DNA of 64,000 nucleotides, from assembly GCA_051362555.1 (NCBI GenBank), contig CM120641.1, forward strand, positions 8,432,001-8,496,000. The letters run 5' to 3'. Below the pieces are notes generated by a model, which made no database searches, was not told the DNA's origin, and saw only the letters and a program-made list of their open reading frames with translations. The stretch's first letter is position 1. Every line of letters starts with the position of its first letter. The translations under genes were made by a program, and so were the position numbers. This document shows, in pieces, positions 27,901-39,300 of the stretch. The stretch is from Lingula anatina (Eukaryota > Animalia > Brachiopoda).

Positions 27901-30499
27901 TATAATAACTGTGAAGTGTTGTGTGACTGCCTGCACAGAAACAGGTTTATAGGATAACTGTATTGCTTTGCATGAAGGGCCAGCTGCATATTTTCACTGG
28001 ACAAGTACACAGGTTGTTAATAATGTAAAAGTGCATACTAAATCTTTTATTTTTTTATGTCAAACACAAAGAAATTGTAAGTAAAAAAAATACATGTATT
28101 GCTGTATTTACAGGGTGATCCCCAAAAAACAGAACTCATAAAAATTTCATTAAATCTTACAAAGGTCCATCAAAATTTCGATAAATTTGCTAGACTTAGG
28201 CTTCGTTCACATGCAATGTCTATTTTCTATTTTCTATTTTCGGTATGTCTTATGATCACGGTCTGTGCACTGAATATCCCGCGGCGTAATTACTGGCAGC
28301 GCGAGCCAGTTACTTATAGTAACTTATAGTAACTGGCTCGCGCTGCCAGTAATTACGCGGCGGGATATTCAGTGCACAGACCGTGATCATAAGACATACC
28401 GAAAATAGAAAATAGAAAATAGAAAATAGACATTGCATGTGAACGAAGCCTTACACTTCAATATGTGTATGATCATTCTCCAAAGTTTCAGTTATCTCGG
28501 TTGCTCTGCATAAAAGTTGTGTTCTTTTTAAAAATATGCTCCAAATGGCCTCTGAGGCATTGGATACACACTTGCTTATGTCGCAAAAAAAATTGTCAAT
28601 TACTCGACCACATTTCTCCTTTGGGAATTGGGAATTACCTGATTTTCACTGTAATTGCTGCCACCAATCATTTGAGGGTTGTTCTGATTCACTTTATCCT
28701 TGAGACACCCCCACCAAAAAATCTGGGGGGTGGGGGCAGTCAAAATCGGTGAATGCCATGCCCACTCAACATCACACTTCTGCTGATCAGTCTCTCCTGA
28801 AATCGTTATGTGGCAGTGCTAAGGAAGTTTTGGACATCACTGGGATGATTCAGAGGGAGGGATCAAGATGGACAGTGGTTCCAGAAAGACAGGGCCATCC
28901 CCACACATCAAATGACACTCTTGCCTGACTAAGAGAGCAATTTCAGGAGTGATTGATTGGCAGAAAGTGTGATGTTGAGTGGGCATCACATTCACAGGAA
29001 TTGAACCTTCCCAGATTTTTATCTTTGGGGGGTATCTCAAGGACAATTTGTACCAGAACAACCCTGAAATGATGGTAAACTGAGGGTAGCAATCACAGCA
29101 AAAATCAGGGAAGTCCCAAAAGAGGAATGTGTTTGAGATATTGATGATGTTTTTTGCTACATATACAAGTGTGCATCCTAAGCCTCAGAGCCCATTGGAG
29201 CATATTTTTAAAAAGATCATAACTTTTATGCAAAGTGACCAAGATAACCAAAACTTTGGGGAATGATCATGCATATATTGAAGTTTAAGTCCAGTAAATT
29301 TCTTGAAATTTTGATGGACCTTTGTAGGATTTTATAAATTTTTTTATGTGCTCTGTTTGTTTTGGGGTCACCCTGTAGTTGGTATACCTAAGGGTATACA
29401 TGTAAGTAGCTCGCAGTGAACTTGATTTGACATGCAACATTCACATTTTACAATACTGTTTCCTCTAAAATATTAATAATACTTTTTTGGTTATGTGTGG
29501 GGCTGTGCACTCATCTGTTATGAACTCAGAATGATTTAAATATCAAATCATTGGCAAGAAAAACTCAATTGTCATCAGTTTCAAAATAGGTGTGAAATTC
29601 AGTGTAAGGAAAAGAAATGTCAACAAGTCTGCCTTCATTTCCATGCAGAGCTTTGATGAAATAACTCAAATTTGAAACTTTGTTTGCCTTTTGTATTTTA
29701 ACATTTGAAAATGACTTGAAAAGCATGTCCAGTTGCATGAAGGAGATCAATATAAGCCCACTAGCCTACATATGCCCATAACTGCCTGCATTGTGCTCAG
29801 TGGTATCATTGTTGTGAGCTAAAGCATGATATGTATGTATAGATTTTTACAGAATTGATACCTTGCTGGTGCTGGTAGAAGAAAAGTTGTAATAGAATGA
29901 TCCCATGTATCATGATATCAATCTGTAATAGGTTTTTATTATCTTTGTAAATGCTTGCAAAGGCACTATTCCATTGTGGCAGTAGACTTTAAATATCTGT
30001 GCAAAAGAGAGACAAATACTAATTGAGATCAGGAAATTGTTTACATTTGTGAAAGTTTACTTCATCATTTTAGTCATGTTTCACTTTTAATCTAAGACCA
30101 AGTCATGGTGACCCTCCTCTTCTCAGAATTTCTTTATCATGAATGTGTCATCTTTTTCAATAAACAATCGTTTTGTGATAATTCAAGACTTTTATCAACC
30201 TTTCTGTTCTAGAATAATTGATCCCAAAGAGGAAAGTGTGCAGCAAAGGAGACGGAGTTTTGAAATGCGGCGAAGAAACTCAGTCGGCAAAATCAGTCCA
30301 GGGCGTGCACCTTCTGTGGAAGGATTGCGATCAGTCTTTACTGCGCCACCATCTTATTTTGCTTCCTGTGAGTATATTAATCTTTATTCATCCAATTCCC
30401 ATTGTGCTGACATCAGAGCTGTGCAATTACAGAGGGCTGTTGCACATACCTGTTATATTAAAATTTGAGATGAACTTAATTTCGCAATTTTACACTCTG

Positions 30500-30534
<35 letters not shown>

Positions 30535-33108
30535 GGGGGGGGGGGGTGCAACGTGAGGATGCAACACTATCACTACCACCTGTGGGATTTAATCCATCAG
30601 CTAAAACTAATACAAAATAGATCATGCTATCTATGTTTGAAATGAACCTTTGAGAGAATTGAGATCATTTGTTGAGCTAAAATTGCCATTGCTAGGCAAG
30701 GGATGTGCTCATTATGGAGCTTTCAGTACATTGTCTGTTGCTATGCGTGCTCTAAGAAATTGCAGACTCTGAGGAGTTTCAATGCTGGGTAGAGCAACAA
30801 TTAGGCTGGTGACATATGATGCAATCACACAGGAAAAAGTAGGTTTCTAAAGCTTTTTGTATGGCATCATCATTTGGTGGTCAGAAAGTCATTAGAAGAT
30901 CACTTCATTGAGTGGAATACTGCTGTGCAGTGATGAAAAACTGCTGGTCTAAAAACCACTTGGTTACCATTTTTTTTTTTATAATTCTAAGTCACACCAA
31001 TGCTTTTTTTACCTAACTACATGTACATTTAAAAAAAGAGACTTCAAAACATCTAGATAAGATAAAATTATCCCATATGCTAGTAACGTAGAATATTGCT
31101 ACAAATGTGGCAAGAATCCAACAATATGCAGGTGTGTGCCCGTTAATTTTATTGTAATATAAAAATACATGAACAACATCAGTGACGTCATAGTTACAGG
31201 TATTATAGCCCTGTGGTATCGTTTCCGCAATGATTGATAGAATATTCTTCCTCTTTTGTAAATCCAGGGAGCTTAAAGCCATTTCTCTAGATTGATAAGA
31301 AGGAAGTGCCACCGAAGGCAAATCTCTTTTGTTCAAATTATGGGAATGGTGATATATGATAGGATAATTATGTAGCTTTACTGAGAACTTACACCTGATG
31401 TTGTGGTCTTGCGGGGTTTTTTAAGGCACTTCGGTTCAAACCCATATTAGATGCATTGCAGTAAATTATCATGGAAGGCATTCAATTTGTTGCAAAATTA
31501 ACAAGCAGACAGTTCTAAAGTAATGTGTGCTTCTGCCACTGTCAGATTTGTATTGGTCAGTAAAATTTCAGTGATGTAAGTGTCTAGGTTTTATAAAATA
31601 TATGCTGAAGTATTAAGGTAAATGAAATGATTGATAAATGAGTTTACTTGTGTAAAACTCTCAGTATTTACTTTAGAAAGAAAGATAACTGGTGTGGTAA
31701 TGACTACCCATATTTTTTCCATACATTTCATAAAATGATCATTTTATTTTTTTTTTTCTTTTAATGTATTACATCTATAGGAGTATTTTTGGAGGCTAGC
31801 ACTTATAGATTAATAGGTTTGTTTGCAGTTGTCGAGTTGATAACATTAGCAGTTTTCAGAAGCTGGAAGCTTCAATGGTATTAACGGCGTTTTTTTTTTC
31901 TTTTTTTTTTTTCTTTTTAAAGTAGTAAGTTTATATAATAATATGGATTATAGAAACTATGTAAAAAGATGTTCTTTGTTGCAGAGCAAAGAGGGTTAAT
32001 AAATTTCATTTTTATACACAGACACTGTGTGAGCCTGTATATTATGATCATTGTCTGTCTATGCCCTTGATGTCTGATACCGCATTTATGTTTTACTTTA
32101 AATTTAGTAAATTTATTTGGCAAAAATGCACATTCATTTAAAAATCAGCATGATTGACTTATTTTTTAAGAAAGTTTTTTAAAAATGTATTTGACAATGA
32201 CACAAGCAAAATAAGCAGTCGTGTTGTGGAAGGAATGTATTCACTGTTCATGAAGTTTGTCACTATAAACAATTTTTTTTTCAAATCTACTAGAATGTGT
32301 CTGCTTAAAATATGTCTAAGTTTAAATGTACCAATGGGAATGACTTTTTTTTTTTTTTTTTACATGATTGACTTAGATTTGTGCTTTTTGCATTTCAGTT
32401 GCCAACAGAAGAGGATCAATGGCAGATGAAACAGCACAAGAGATGCATTCAGAATTAGAGCAAGCAAGATGCAGCATTGAAAGATTGGATAGACAGATGA
32501 ACACTGTTGCCAATGACGTCTGCAACATGAGTCGAGACATAAGAAATATGATGCAGCTTTTACAAACACTGCAAGGGAATGCGTCTGCTTCTACAGATAA
32601 CTGCAGCAATGACAGTCGGACAAAAGTACATCCAAACCCACCAAGTGATAAGCAATGTCAGAAATCTTCACCAGAATTTAGGAAGCGAAGAATTGGGTCA
32701 ATCCAGAAACCTTTATTATCTCCTGAAGAAAAAAGGAGTATATTGAAAGGTAGTAAATCCAAAAGGCCACCAGTTTCTTATGTCACTTTCTCAGATTGTA
32801 ATGAATCAACACCAGAGGTCAGCCCGGTTGGTGACCAAGAGGAGCCACTATCACCAGGGGGTCTAGTGATGCATGCACCAGTACATTTTTCATCATCAAA
32901 ATCAGATGTAAATGATGACACAGAAGTAGACAAAGAGAAGCAAAATGATAGTAGACCACACTTCGGGTTATTAAATCAAACAAGCAGAGAAGAAGAATTC
33001 AATGAACTTGAACCTCTGACAAACGGATCTCTCAAATCTGGAAGCGACACCAGTATTGATATTGATGTCAATTCTCCAGTGTGCAACTGGCAGAGCACTG
33101 ATCTGTGA
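13286..33108 (+). CDS. KCNH8: Elk/Kv12-family (KCNH8/KCNH3/KCNH4-like) voltage-gated K+ channel, 5'-incomplete spliced gene
   Basis: Exons 13286-13490, 14313-14504, 15699-15898, 19668-19917, 23213-23421, 25658-25830, (26294-26350), 30213-30367, 32399-33108 join in frame via GT-AG (2151 nt, 716 aa). Contains S4 [26 protein letters not shown], pore [10 protein letters not shown]6/C-linker [27 protein letters not shown] with LTYNLREG intrinsic ligand and a C-terminal coiled coil. The symbol denotes the Elk family, not one-to-one orthology. Confidence 0.93.
14313..14504 (+). CDS. KCNH8: Elk K+ channel exon: turret, pore helix, selectivity filter, start of S6
   Basis: cctag|GT TGG...GGA G|gtaaga; [33 protein letters not shown]. 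Confidence 0.96.
15309..15340. repeat. (TG)16 microsatellite
   Basis: Direct inspection. Confidence 0.95.
15699..15898 (+). CDS. KCNH8: Elk K+ channel exon: S6 and C-linker
   Basis: ttcag|CT CTG...ATT GAG|gtaaat; [22 protein letters not shown]...NNGID. Confidence 0.96.
16728..17143. mobile_element. PIF/Harbinger-type MITE carrying a nested insertion
   Basis: Imperfect TIR GACCCCATTTACATAG...CTATGGGAATGGGGCC, internal inverted TGCAATTAGCTTAACTGAATG, flanks TAA/TTA. Confidence 0.65.
16924..17082. mobile_element. Short hAT-like MITE
   Basis: Termini CAGGCACGTAGCCA...TGGCTATGGGCCTG with G/C runs; flanks ctgag/gtgag. Confidence 0.55.
19668..19917 (+). CDS. KCNH8: Elk K+ channel exon: C-linker/CNBHD
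   Basis: ttcag|ATT TTG...TTA G|gtggga; [13 protein letters not shown]...FCAPGEYL...[16 protein letters not shown]. Confidence 0.95.
21563..21957. mobile_element. CpG-rich hairpin-ended non-autonomous element (possibly Crypton-like)
   Basis: About 100-bp hairpin 21570-21671 (AAATAATGCACT...CCCGATATC ACGATAGCA-GGCCGAGCGCCAGCGAGGCA-TGCTATCGTG GATATCGGG...AGTGCATTATTT); boundaries and family uncertain. Confidence 0.4.
23213..23421 (+). CDS. KCNH8: Elk K+ channel exon: CNBHD with intrinsic ligand
   Basis: tgcag|GC AAG...TAT GAG|gtaagg; GKGDLFG...[11 protein letters not shown]...LYPEF...LTYNLREG. Confidence 0.95.
23705..25072 (+). mobile_element. 5'-truncated copy of the same HINE family in a downstream Elk intron
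   Basis: Near-identical to core 1625-2380, three 146/148-bp units, intact 3' subTIR and hairpin, end CTATAGTT. Confidence 0.9.
25658..25830 (+). CDS. KCNH8: Elk K+ channel exon: post-CNBHD acidic region
   Basis: tacag|CCA GAA...CCA GG|gtaatt; [13 protein letters not shown] resembles the Elk post-CNBHD acidic motif; phase-compatible with neighbours. Confidence 0.85.
26294..26350 (+). CDS. Candidate 57-nt symmetric cassette exon of the Elk channel
   Basis: Pyrimidine tract ttatctttctcag|T TTG ACA...ACC AG|gtacac; phase 2-2, open frame [18 protein letters not shown]; no homology support. Confidence 0.5.
28111..29375. mobile_element. Tc1/mariner-derived fold-back element with degenerate transposase fragments on both strands
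   Basis: TA|CAGGGTGATCCCC...GGGGTCACCCTG|TA; + strand 28877-29170 reads [10 protein letters not shown]...[26 protein letters not shown] (mariner-type third-Asp region), mirrored on - at ~28560-28806. Confidence 0.85.
28199..28450. mobile_element. PIF/Harbinger-type MITE forming a near-perfect 252-bp palindrome
   Basis: TTA|GGCTTCGTTCACATG...CATGTGAACGAAGCC|TTA; ~115-bp arms differing by about one substitution and one extra 7-bp AAAATAG unit. Confidence 0.9.
30213..30367 (+). CDS. KCNH8: Elk K+ channel exon: C-terminal tail
   Basis: ttctag|A ATA...TCC T|gtgagt; phase 2 in and phase 1 out match flanking exons; [24 protein letters not shown]. Confidence 0.78.
32399..33108 (+). CDS. KCNH8: Elk K+ channel last coding exon: coiled coil and C-terminus
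   Basis: ttcag|TT GCC...CTG TGA; contains the 229-aa ORF with heptad region [38 protein letters not shown]; ends WQSTDL*. Confidence 0.88.
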
Positions 33109-35556
33109 CAGCAATTAGAACAATGACACAAATTTGGTGCTCACTCTATGGCAAACATTGTGTGGGAGGTTTGAGCATCAGTTTTGTTTGGCAGTATGTC
33201 ACACAGATGTGGTCAAGATATTCTAGGATTATTTGTTGTTTATAGTCATTTCAAAATTAAATTTCGGTGTTATATTGTATCTTTGAAGTTCTTTACCAGT
33301 GTCTCCTGGAGCAAGTGTTAATGAATCCTTCAGTATTTTCCATATTTTTACGAGCAGATTATCTTGTATTTATATATCTATATTATCTTGTTTATTCATG
33401 TTAATTTGCCTATCATTTTAAAAATGATACGTACAATTTTTAATGGTTGTTGAGAGGGAAATGACACTCAAGTCGCACTGTTTACATGCACCTTCTAATT
33501 TGCCTTTTTATTTATTTTACAAGGCGTGGTAAAATGTTTGATGGATAATATCTTTTAAAGTAAATTGTATCAAAAATAATTGTGTTATTTTTTCTCTTTA
33601 TAATGTTTCTCAAAATAAAAGCTGCACGTTGTTTAAAAATTTAAAAATTTAAAAATATTCAAATCTCAGTTGCAGGGTGTCTTGTGAAAGGTAAAGGTTA
33701 TGTTTGCAGACAATCTCCAGTCCATCGTAGTATTATATACTGATAGGTACATAAACTGGATGTAGGGATTGAAATTTAAAAGCTTTCTGTTGAGTTCAGG
33801 GTTTATTGTTATATGTTGAACATTTTTACATATTAACTTGTCTATTTCTAAAAAATTGTTTTATTTTGTTTTATTATTACCTTTATGTGTAGATTACTGA
33901 TATTATGTTCATTGAATCTCGTATGTGGTAATTTTTTGTGTTTCAGTCAGGTGTGTGGTCTTGATATAGAGTTGACATTAGTCCCACCTACTGTTATGTT
34001 CCAATACTTTTTTATCCCTACAAAAACTATGGTTGGAGAAAAATGGATTGAATGATTTAGTAGTTTGTCATTTTCTTAAATATTGGCATGTTTCAATTCT
34101 CTGTTTACATTTGTGGTGCTCAACATGATATTTATTATATTTTGCTTTGTTGTTTTCATTGTTCTTTATAATTGACACTTGTAGTGGTCATTTTTAGTCC
34201 CAACTATTGCCTTGATTAAGGTATAGAAAGAGCAATCTCTTGAATGAGATAATAAGCACAAAATATACTACACTTTAAAGATATCATTATATTAATGGTC
34301 ACAACAGTTTAATAATCTTCACTTTTACAATCTGTGTTAAAGAATGTTTGTACAAAATGAACATACCAGAACAACTAAGTATTGCATTTAGTATCTAACT
34401 GGCCCAAGTAATTTACAGATGTATTCAAAAGAGCAAATGGTTCCTGTTGCAATGTGGTCTGTACATTTACCAGCATTACTGTCTAGTGGCTTTATGTTTA
34501 ATACATTATATTCAGATCTGTAAATACCAATGCACCAAGTTTGCATTATAAGTCTTGATTCTAGTATGAACACAAATGGCCATGATAATAAAAACCCTTC
34601 AGAATGTTTATTTACTTCACAACTGTATTAACTTATTGAGTAATGTAAATAATGTAAATGAAGACCAGAATCTGGTGATATTAACGGATAATAAAAAACT
34701 TATCCTCGAATAAAATGGCAAAGAGTTATGTATTTGCTCTCTGCAAGAAAGCTCAAATACCTTATTAATCAATGAAAATATAGAAATACATTGATAACTT
34801 AGAATACAATGTTATGGGTTCTTGCTTGATTTTTTTTCTATAAATGCACCAAAAGTTATTAGGCTAAAGTACAGTATCTTTTGTTATGACCCACAAGAAT
34901 TAATCATAAAATAAGTAGGAACCCTGATATTTAACTTAGCTGTGTAAAAGACTGGTTATTTCTCATGTTAGCTTACAACAATAACATTTTTTGCTCTGAA
35001 GCTGTGTCTATTCTTTACACACAGTGTGCTAATGATTATCCAAATAACCACCATGCAGGACTTTTAACTCTTGGGAGTTACTATGACTGACTTGTCTGGG
35101 CTCTATTCAGAGTGATAACAGCTTTCATTCTCCTTGGTTAGATATCCATAATAGGACTACAGCCACAACTAAAATGGATAGCCATCTAGCATTTCCTTCC
35201 TTGCCAGTGACTGAGTGGCTTGTTATTATGTATTTACTAAACCAGCAATGGTAATCTATTTTCATTACATTCAATTTAATAATGTAATATCATTTCATTG
35301 TGATCTTCATACTGGACATTCAATCATTTCAGTCCCTGAGGGAACTGAACTCGTTTCAGCTCACAGAATTTTTATTTCCTTATTCAAATCCTATATAGCT
35401 TAGTATTTTCCTTATTTCAACCTAAAAGTACATTCATTTGTACACCAGCCACTATTCAGTGTTGCTGTTCAGCTCTTCACTGCATCCATTATGTTGTAAT
35501 ATGAACCAACACCAGACTGCTCCAGGTTAACATTGTACCATGTGAATGGAGCCTAA

Positions 35557-36070
35557 TGCCCCTATTTCACACAGACCACGAATCCCACGAATCGCCAGGA
35601 ATTGAAAATTTCAGGATTCGTGGTTGAATCGTAATCAGTTCTTAACAGATTCGTATTCGTATAATCGTAGTCAGTTCTTGCAATTCTTGATCAATCGGGC
35701 ATTCGTGGCAAAAATTTTGAGCTGTTCAAAGTTTTGGCCACGAACTCCCGATTCCTAAAAATCGTAGTGAATTTCTGGACAATATTCGTGCGATTCCAGC
35801 CGAATCCCACGAATATTCGTAACACTATCGCACCTGTATCGTAACTGAATCGTAGAGCGTGTCGAATTAGACCAGAAAATTGGCAAAATCTCACGACTCC
35901 AGCCGAAGCCCACGAATATTCGTAACACTATCGCACCTGTATCGTAACTGAATCGTGAGCGTGTCGAATTAGACCAGAAAATTGGCAAAATCTCACGAAT
36001 CCTCACGAATCCTGAAATTTGTCAATTCCTGGCGATTCGTGGGATTCGTGGTCTGTGTGAAATAGGGGCC
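35557..36070. mobile_element. Young CpG-rich PIF/Harbinger-type MITE
   Basis: 48-bp perfect TIR GCCCCTATTTCACACAGACCACGAATCCC... extending imperfectly to ~65 bp; internal 103-bp tandem duplication (35796/35899); flanks TAA/TTA. Confidence 0.88.
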
Positions 36071-36286
36071 TTAGAGACCTCATTCTCTAGCATGCTATTA
36101 CTGTCACAAAAGTAATATTCAGAACACTGGGAAGTTCACAACAACAGAGAGCAACTTGTTTTTTATAAAGCTGGGTTTCATCTGGAGCATTAGAGATGTT
36201 AACCTCACCATGAAGAAATCGGCTTAGAGTGAAACCCAGGTCCAATGCTAGGTGTTCTCTTCCCCCCATGTGACAGTTATTTCTGG

Positions 36287-36317
36287 TCATGTGAACTGCT
36301 GCATTGCTGTTTTTACT
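36287..36317 (-). CDS. ARMC8: ARMC8 exon 20 (terminal coding)
   Basis: ttttcag|A GTA AAA ACA GCA ATG CAG CAG TTC ACA TGA ([10 protein letters not shown]), similar to the vertebrate C-terminus. Confidence 0.88.
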
Positions 36318-39300
36318 CTGAAAATGAAACAGATGAAAAAAAAGATGACTTGTTACTGCAAAGCAAGTGTTTACAACTGAATCATGTTTTGAAAATTAAA
36401 AAATGAAAAAGAAAAGACAAAAGACTTAGAAACTCTTCATTTAAGTAAATTACAGCATTGATTAGGAGAGATTTGCCAGTTGACAACCAACTCTATAGAT
36501 AGGCTTTCAAAGGAATCATTAAGCAGTTTTCCTTTTCTGATCTCCTATTAACTACTTTTCAATTAGGACTCCCACATGTAGAATACAATATGGATCACCA
36601 TCTTGGCAAAGAAGACTAAGCACACATCCGCAGTACCAATTTGAATTCATTAGGCAGTTTTCCCTCCAGTCGATGTCAAATGTGAGATTTAGCTGTTGAA
36701 ATGTTGGTAATGAGTGAACAGGGTGGTACTTACTTGTCAAAAAGAGTTGTATTATTTGTGCTTAAGAGCTGTTGTAGCAATTTATGTACACCCAACTCTG
36801 TCAATTTGGCTTGCCTTTCTGATGCACCTGTCAGAGTAAAATTTTTAAAAAGTTTCAAAATGCACTATGTGAAATATTGACATAACTCTAAAAATAAACA
36901 AAAGTGGAAGATGAAAGTTAAAACCTACATTAACTTAACCCTAAATTAACATCATTACTTTTTTAATATATTGACAGTCAATGAAAACGCATCATTTATT
37001 TATCAAATAATATTTTAAGTTCCTTTGGCACATTAAGAAAATAACAGTTTTCATGTGAAATATGTGAAATATGAAACAGTGGTCAGCCCACTCTCCTATG
37101 ACAAAACAAGTGCATTTGTACTCGTTTATATGGTTGGAATCAATTCTCGGTAAAAAAAGTGCAAGAAGGTTTTCTGATGCCCGTACAGGCAATATGTTAT
37201 TTCAACATAAGATATTGCACTCTGACATGATGTATTTTATCTTTCACCCATTATCAATTTCCACTCTGTGTGACTTTCTCTCTTACTTTCTTCCTCATTC
37301 CAGATTAAATTGCAGATGCAGAAAGTGGCAGCTATTTGCAAATTAACATTACTATGCATCTGAAAATAAAGACAAAAAAAATTCACTTTCGCAAACTTTT
37401 TAGTTATTAGCCAGGTTGATACTGATACCACCTGTTTGCACAAATGCAATAAAATACCTTTGACATCATCTCACATGCAATTCAAAGTTATACAAATGGT
37501 GGAAATAACAGATAGTGGAACTGTAAATTTCTCTCAGCGAATCATGACTATTAGTAGTGATGAGACTGCCATTTAATGAAAAATTTGGAAAATATGGTGA
37601 GTGATCCAGGCCACCGCCTAGGCCAATGACATTTTTGGCTCCAAAAAAGTCAGAAATCGCTGATAATCGGAAAAAAACCATCCCTGTATTAGTATTGCAA
37701 GAGTGTGCGACATGAAACAGATAGCTTAATATATAATGACACTCACAGGAGGATGTGTTCACCACAGATCGATAGAAATGTTTCAAATTAGTCTACCTCT
37801 TATGTCATCTGCAACATTATTGCATCAAGAGGCCAGTTTTTCTAATAATACAAATGATTAGAACCTGCCTTCATAAGAAACTGTTTTTATCCACTCAGGT
37901 GATTTTATAATTACAGTGATAACTAATAATGAATGAGGTAATACAAATAGAATCATTCATCATCAGTCATCCAGTTTTACTGAGATAACTGAAAGTTGTT
38001 TTTTTTCGCATGCACACATGGATTGAAATCCACAAACTGCTTGCTTCTACCGTTCAAAATTGTTCTTTATAAGAGACAGAAACTGTCATTTGCAAGCAGC
38101 TACTAAAAGTATAAACTTACCATGTAATTCATTAGCTTTTTTAAAACATCTTCATTTCCCATGATAAAATCTTTTGCCGAGTCTCCATCTGCAACATTGG
38201 CCAAGATGCACAGGGTCTACAAATACATAATCAAAATCTCAAATTAATCTTAATTAAGACAATTTCCACAGATTTCCAAGTTAATACAAAAATCAAAGTA
38301 ATTAATCAAGATCATTTCTGACAACATTATGATTTAGCACACTAATGTATTCTGTAGAATAAGAAATGCAGCAATTACAGGATCAAATTCTTCCTAAAGA
38401 AAATATGAACCTTAAAAAGTTGACTAAATTGTTGAATAATTCATTAAAAGAATTTATTCTGTTTTGTTAAATAATTGCCAGGAAAACAACTTTTATACCA
38501 GTTACAAAGGCATAAAAAGATTTCAAATGCGCAGACCTACGACTGACCATAAATAACAGTTAAAATGTGAAAACATATATAAAATACTTCCTATTAAATC
38601 GGGGCCATTTTTTTCAGTTTCCATGATTTAAAAGCTTAATGAAACCGTTCTGCAAAACAAATAAATGGGCAGTAACACAGCAAAAAATAAAAGTTTATTC
38701 TAGACTGGGATTTATCAGTAGATTTTGTAACAATTCAATGTAGGAATATTATCTCATATGAAGATAGGACAACCTCAGGTGAGGTGTAACTAAGAGACAT
38801 AGGGGAATTCCAGACACTAGTAAGGGAACACAGGTTATAGTAATATAACAAAGACTGGGCATGCATGGAAGCAGATATGCTGTTGAAAATATTGTGAAGC
38901 AATGGTGCACAAAGACCAGATGTCAATTCTCAAATCTTTCATTGTTTCATATCCATCAAAATTTCTTCTGTGCACTCAGTGGCAAATAATTCTTTACATC
39001 ATGTTCAAATTTATGAACCTGAATAGAAATATTCTCTCAACTGTGTCATCAAAGAAGACTACCAATTCACTTTGTGCCTATGATGGTGCAAACACCATGA
39101 CATTGGTATTGAGGGTTTCAGAAGTCAGGATCTGCACCTTATGGTGTACCATTGACTGGTAATTGCTCTCCAACGAACAGGTAAACATCATGCCCACTAT
39201 CAGCTTGGCCTTGACGTGTCTGCATCCATCACATATCTATGGAATGGTTATTGCCACAAATTAATACAGCCTATATAAGATGTCTGTACATTTGTTACAT

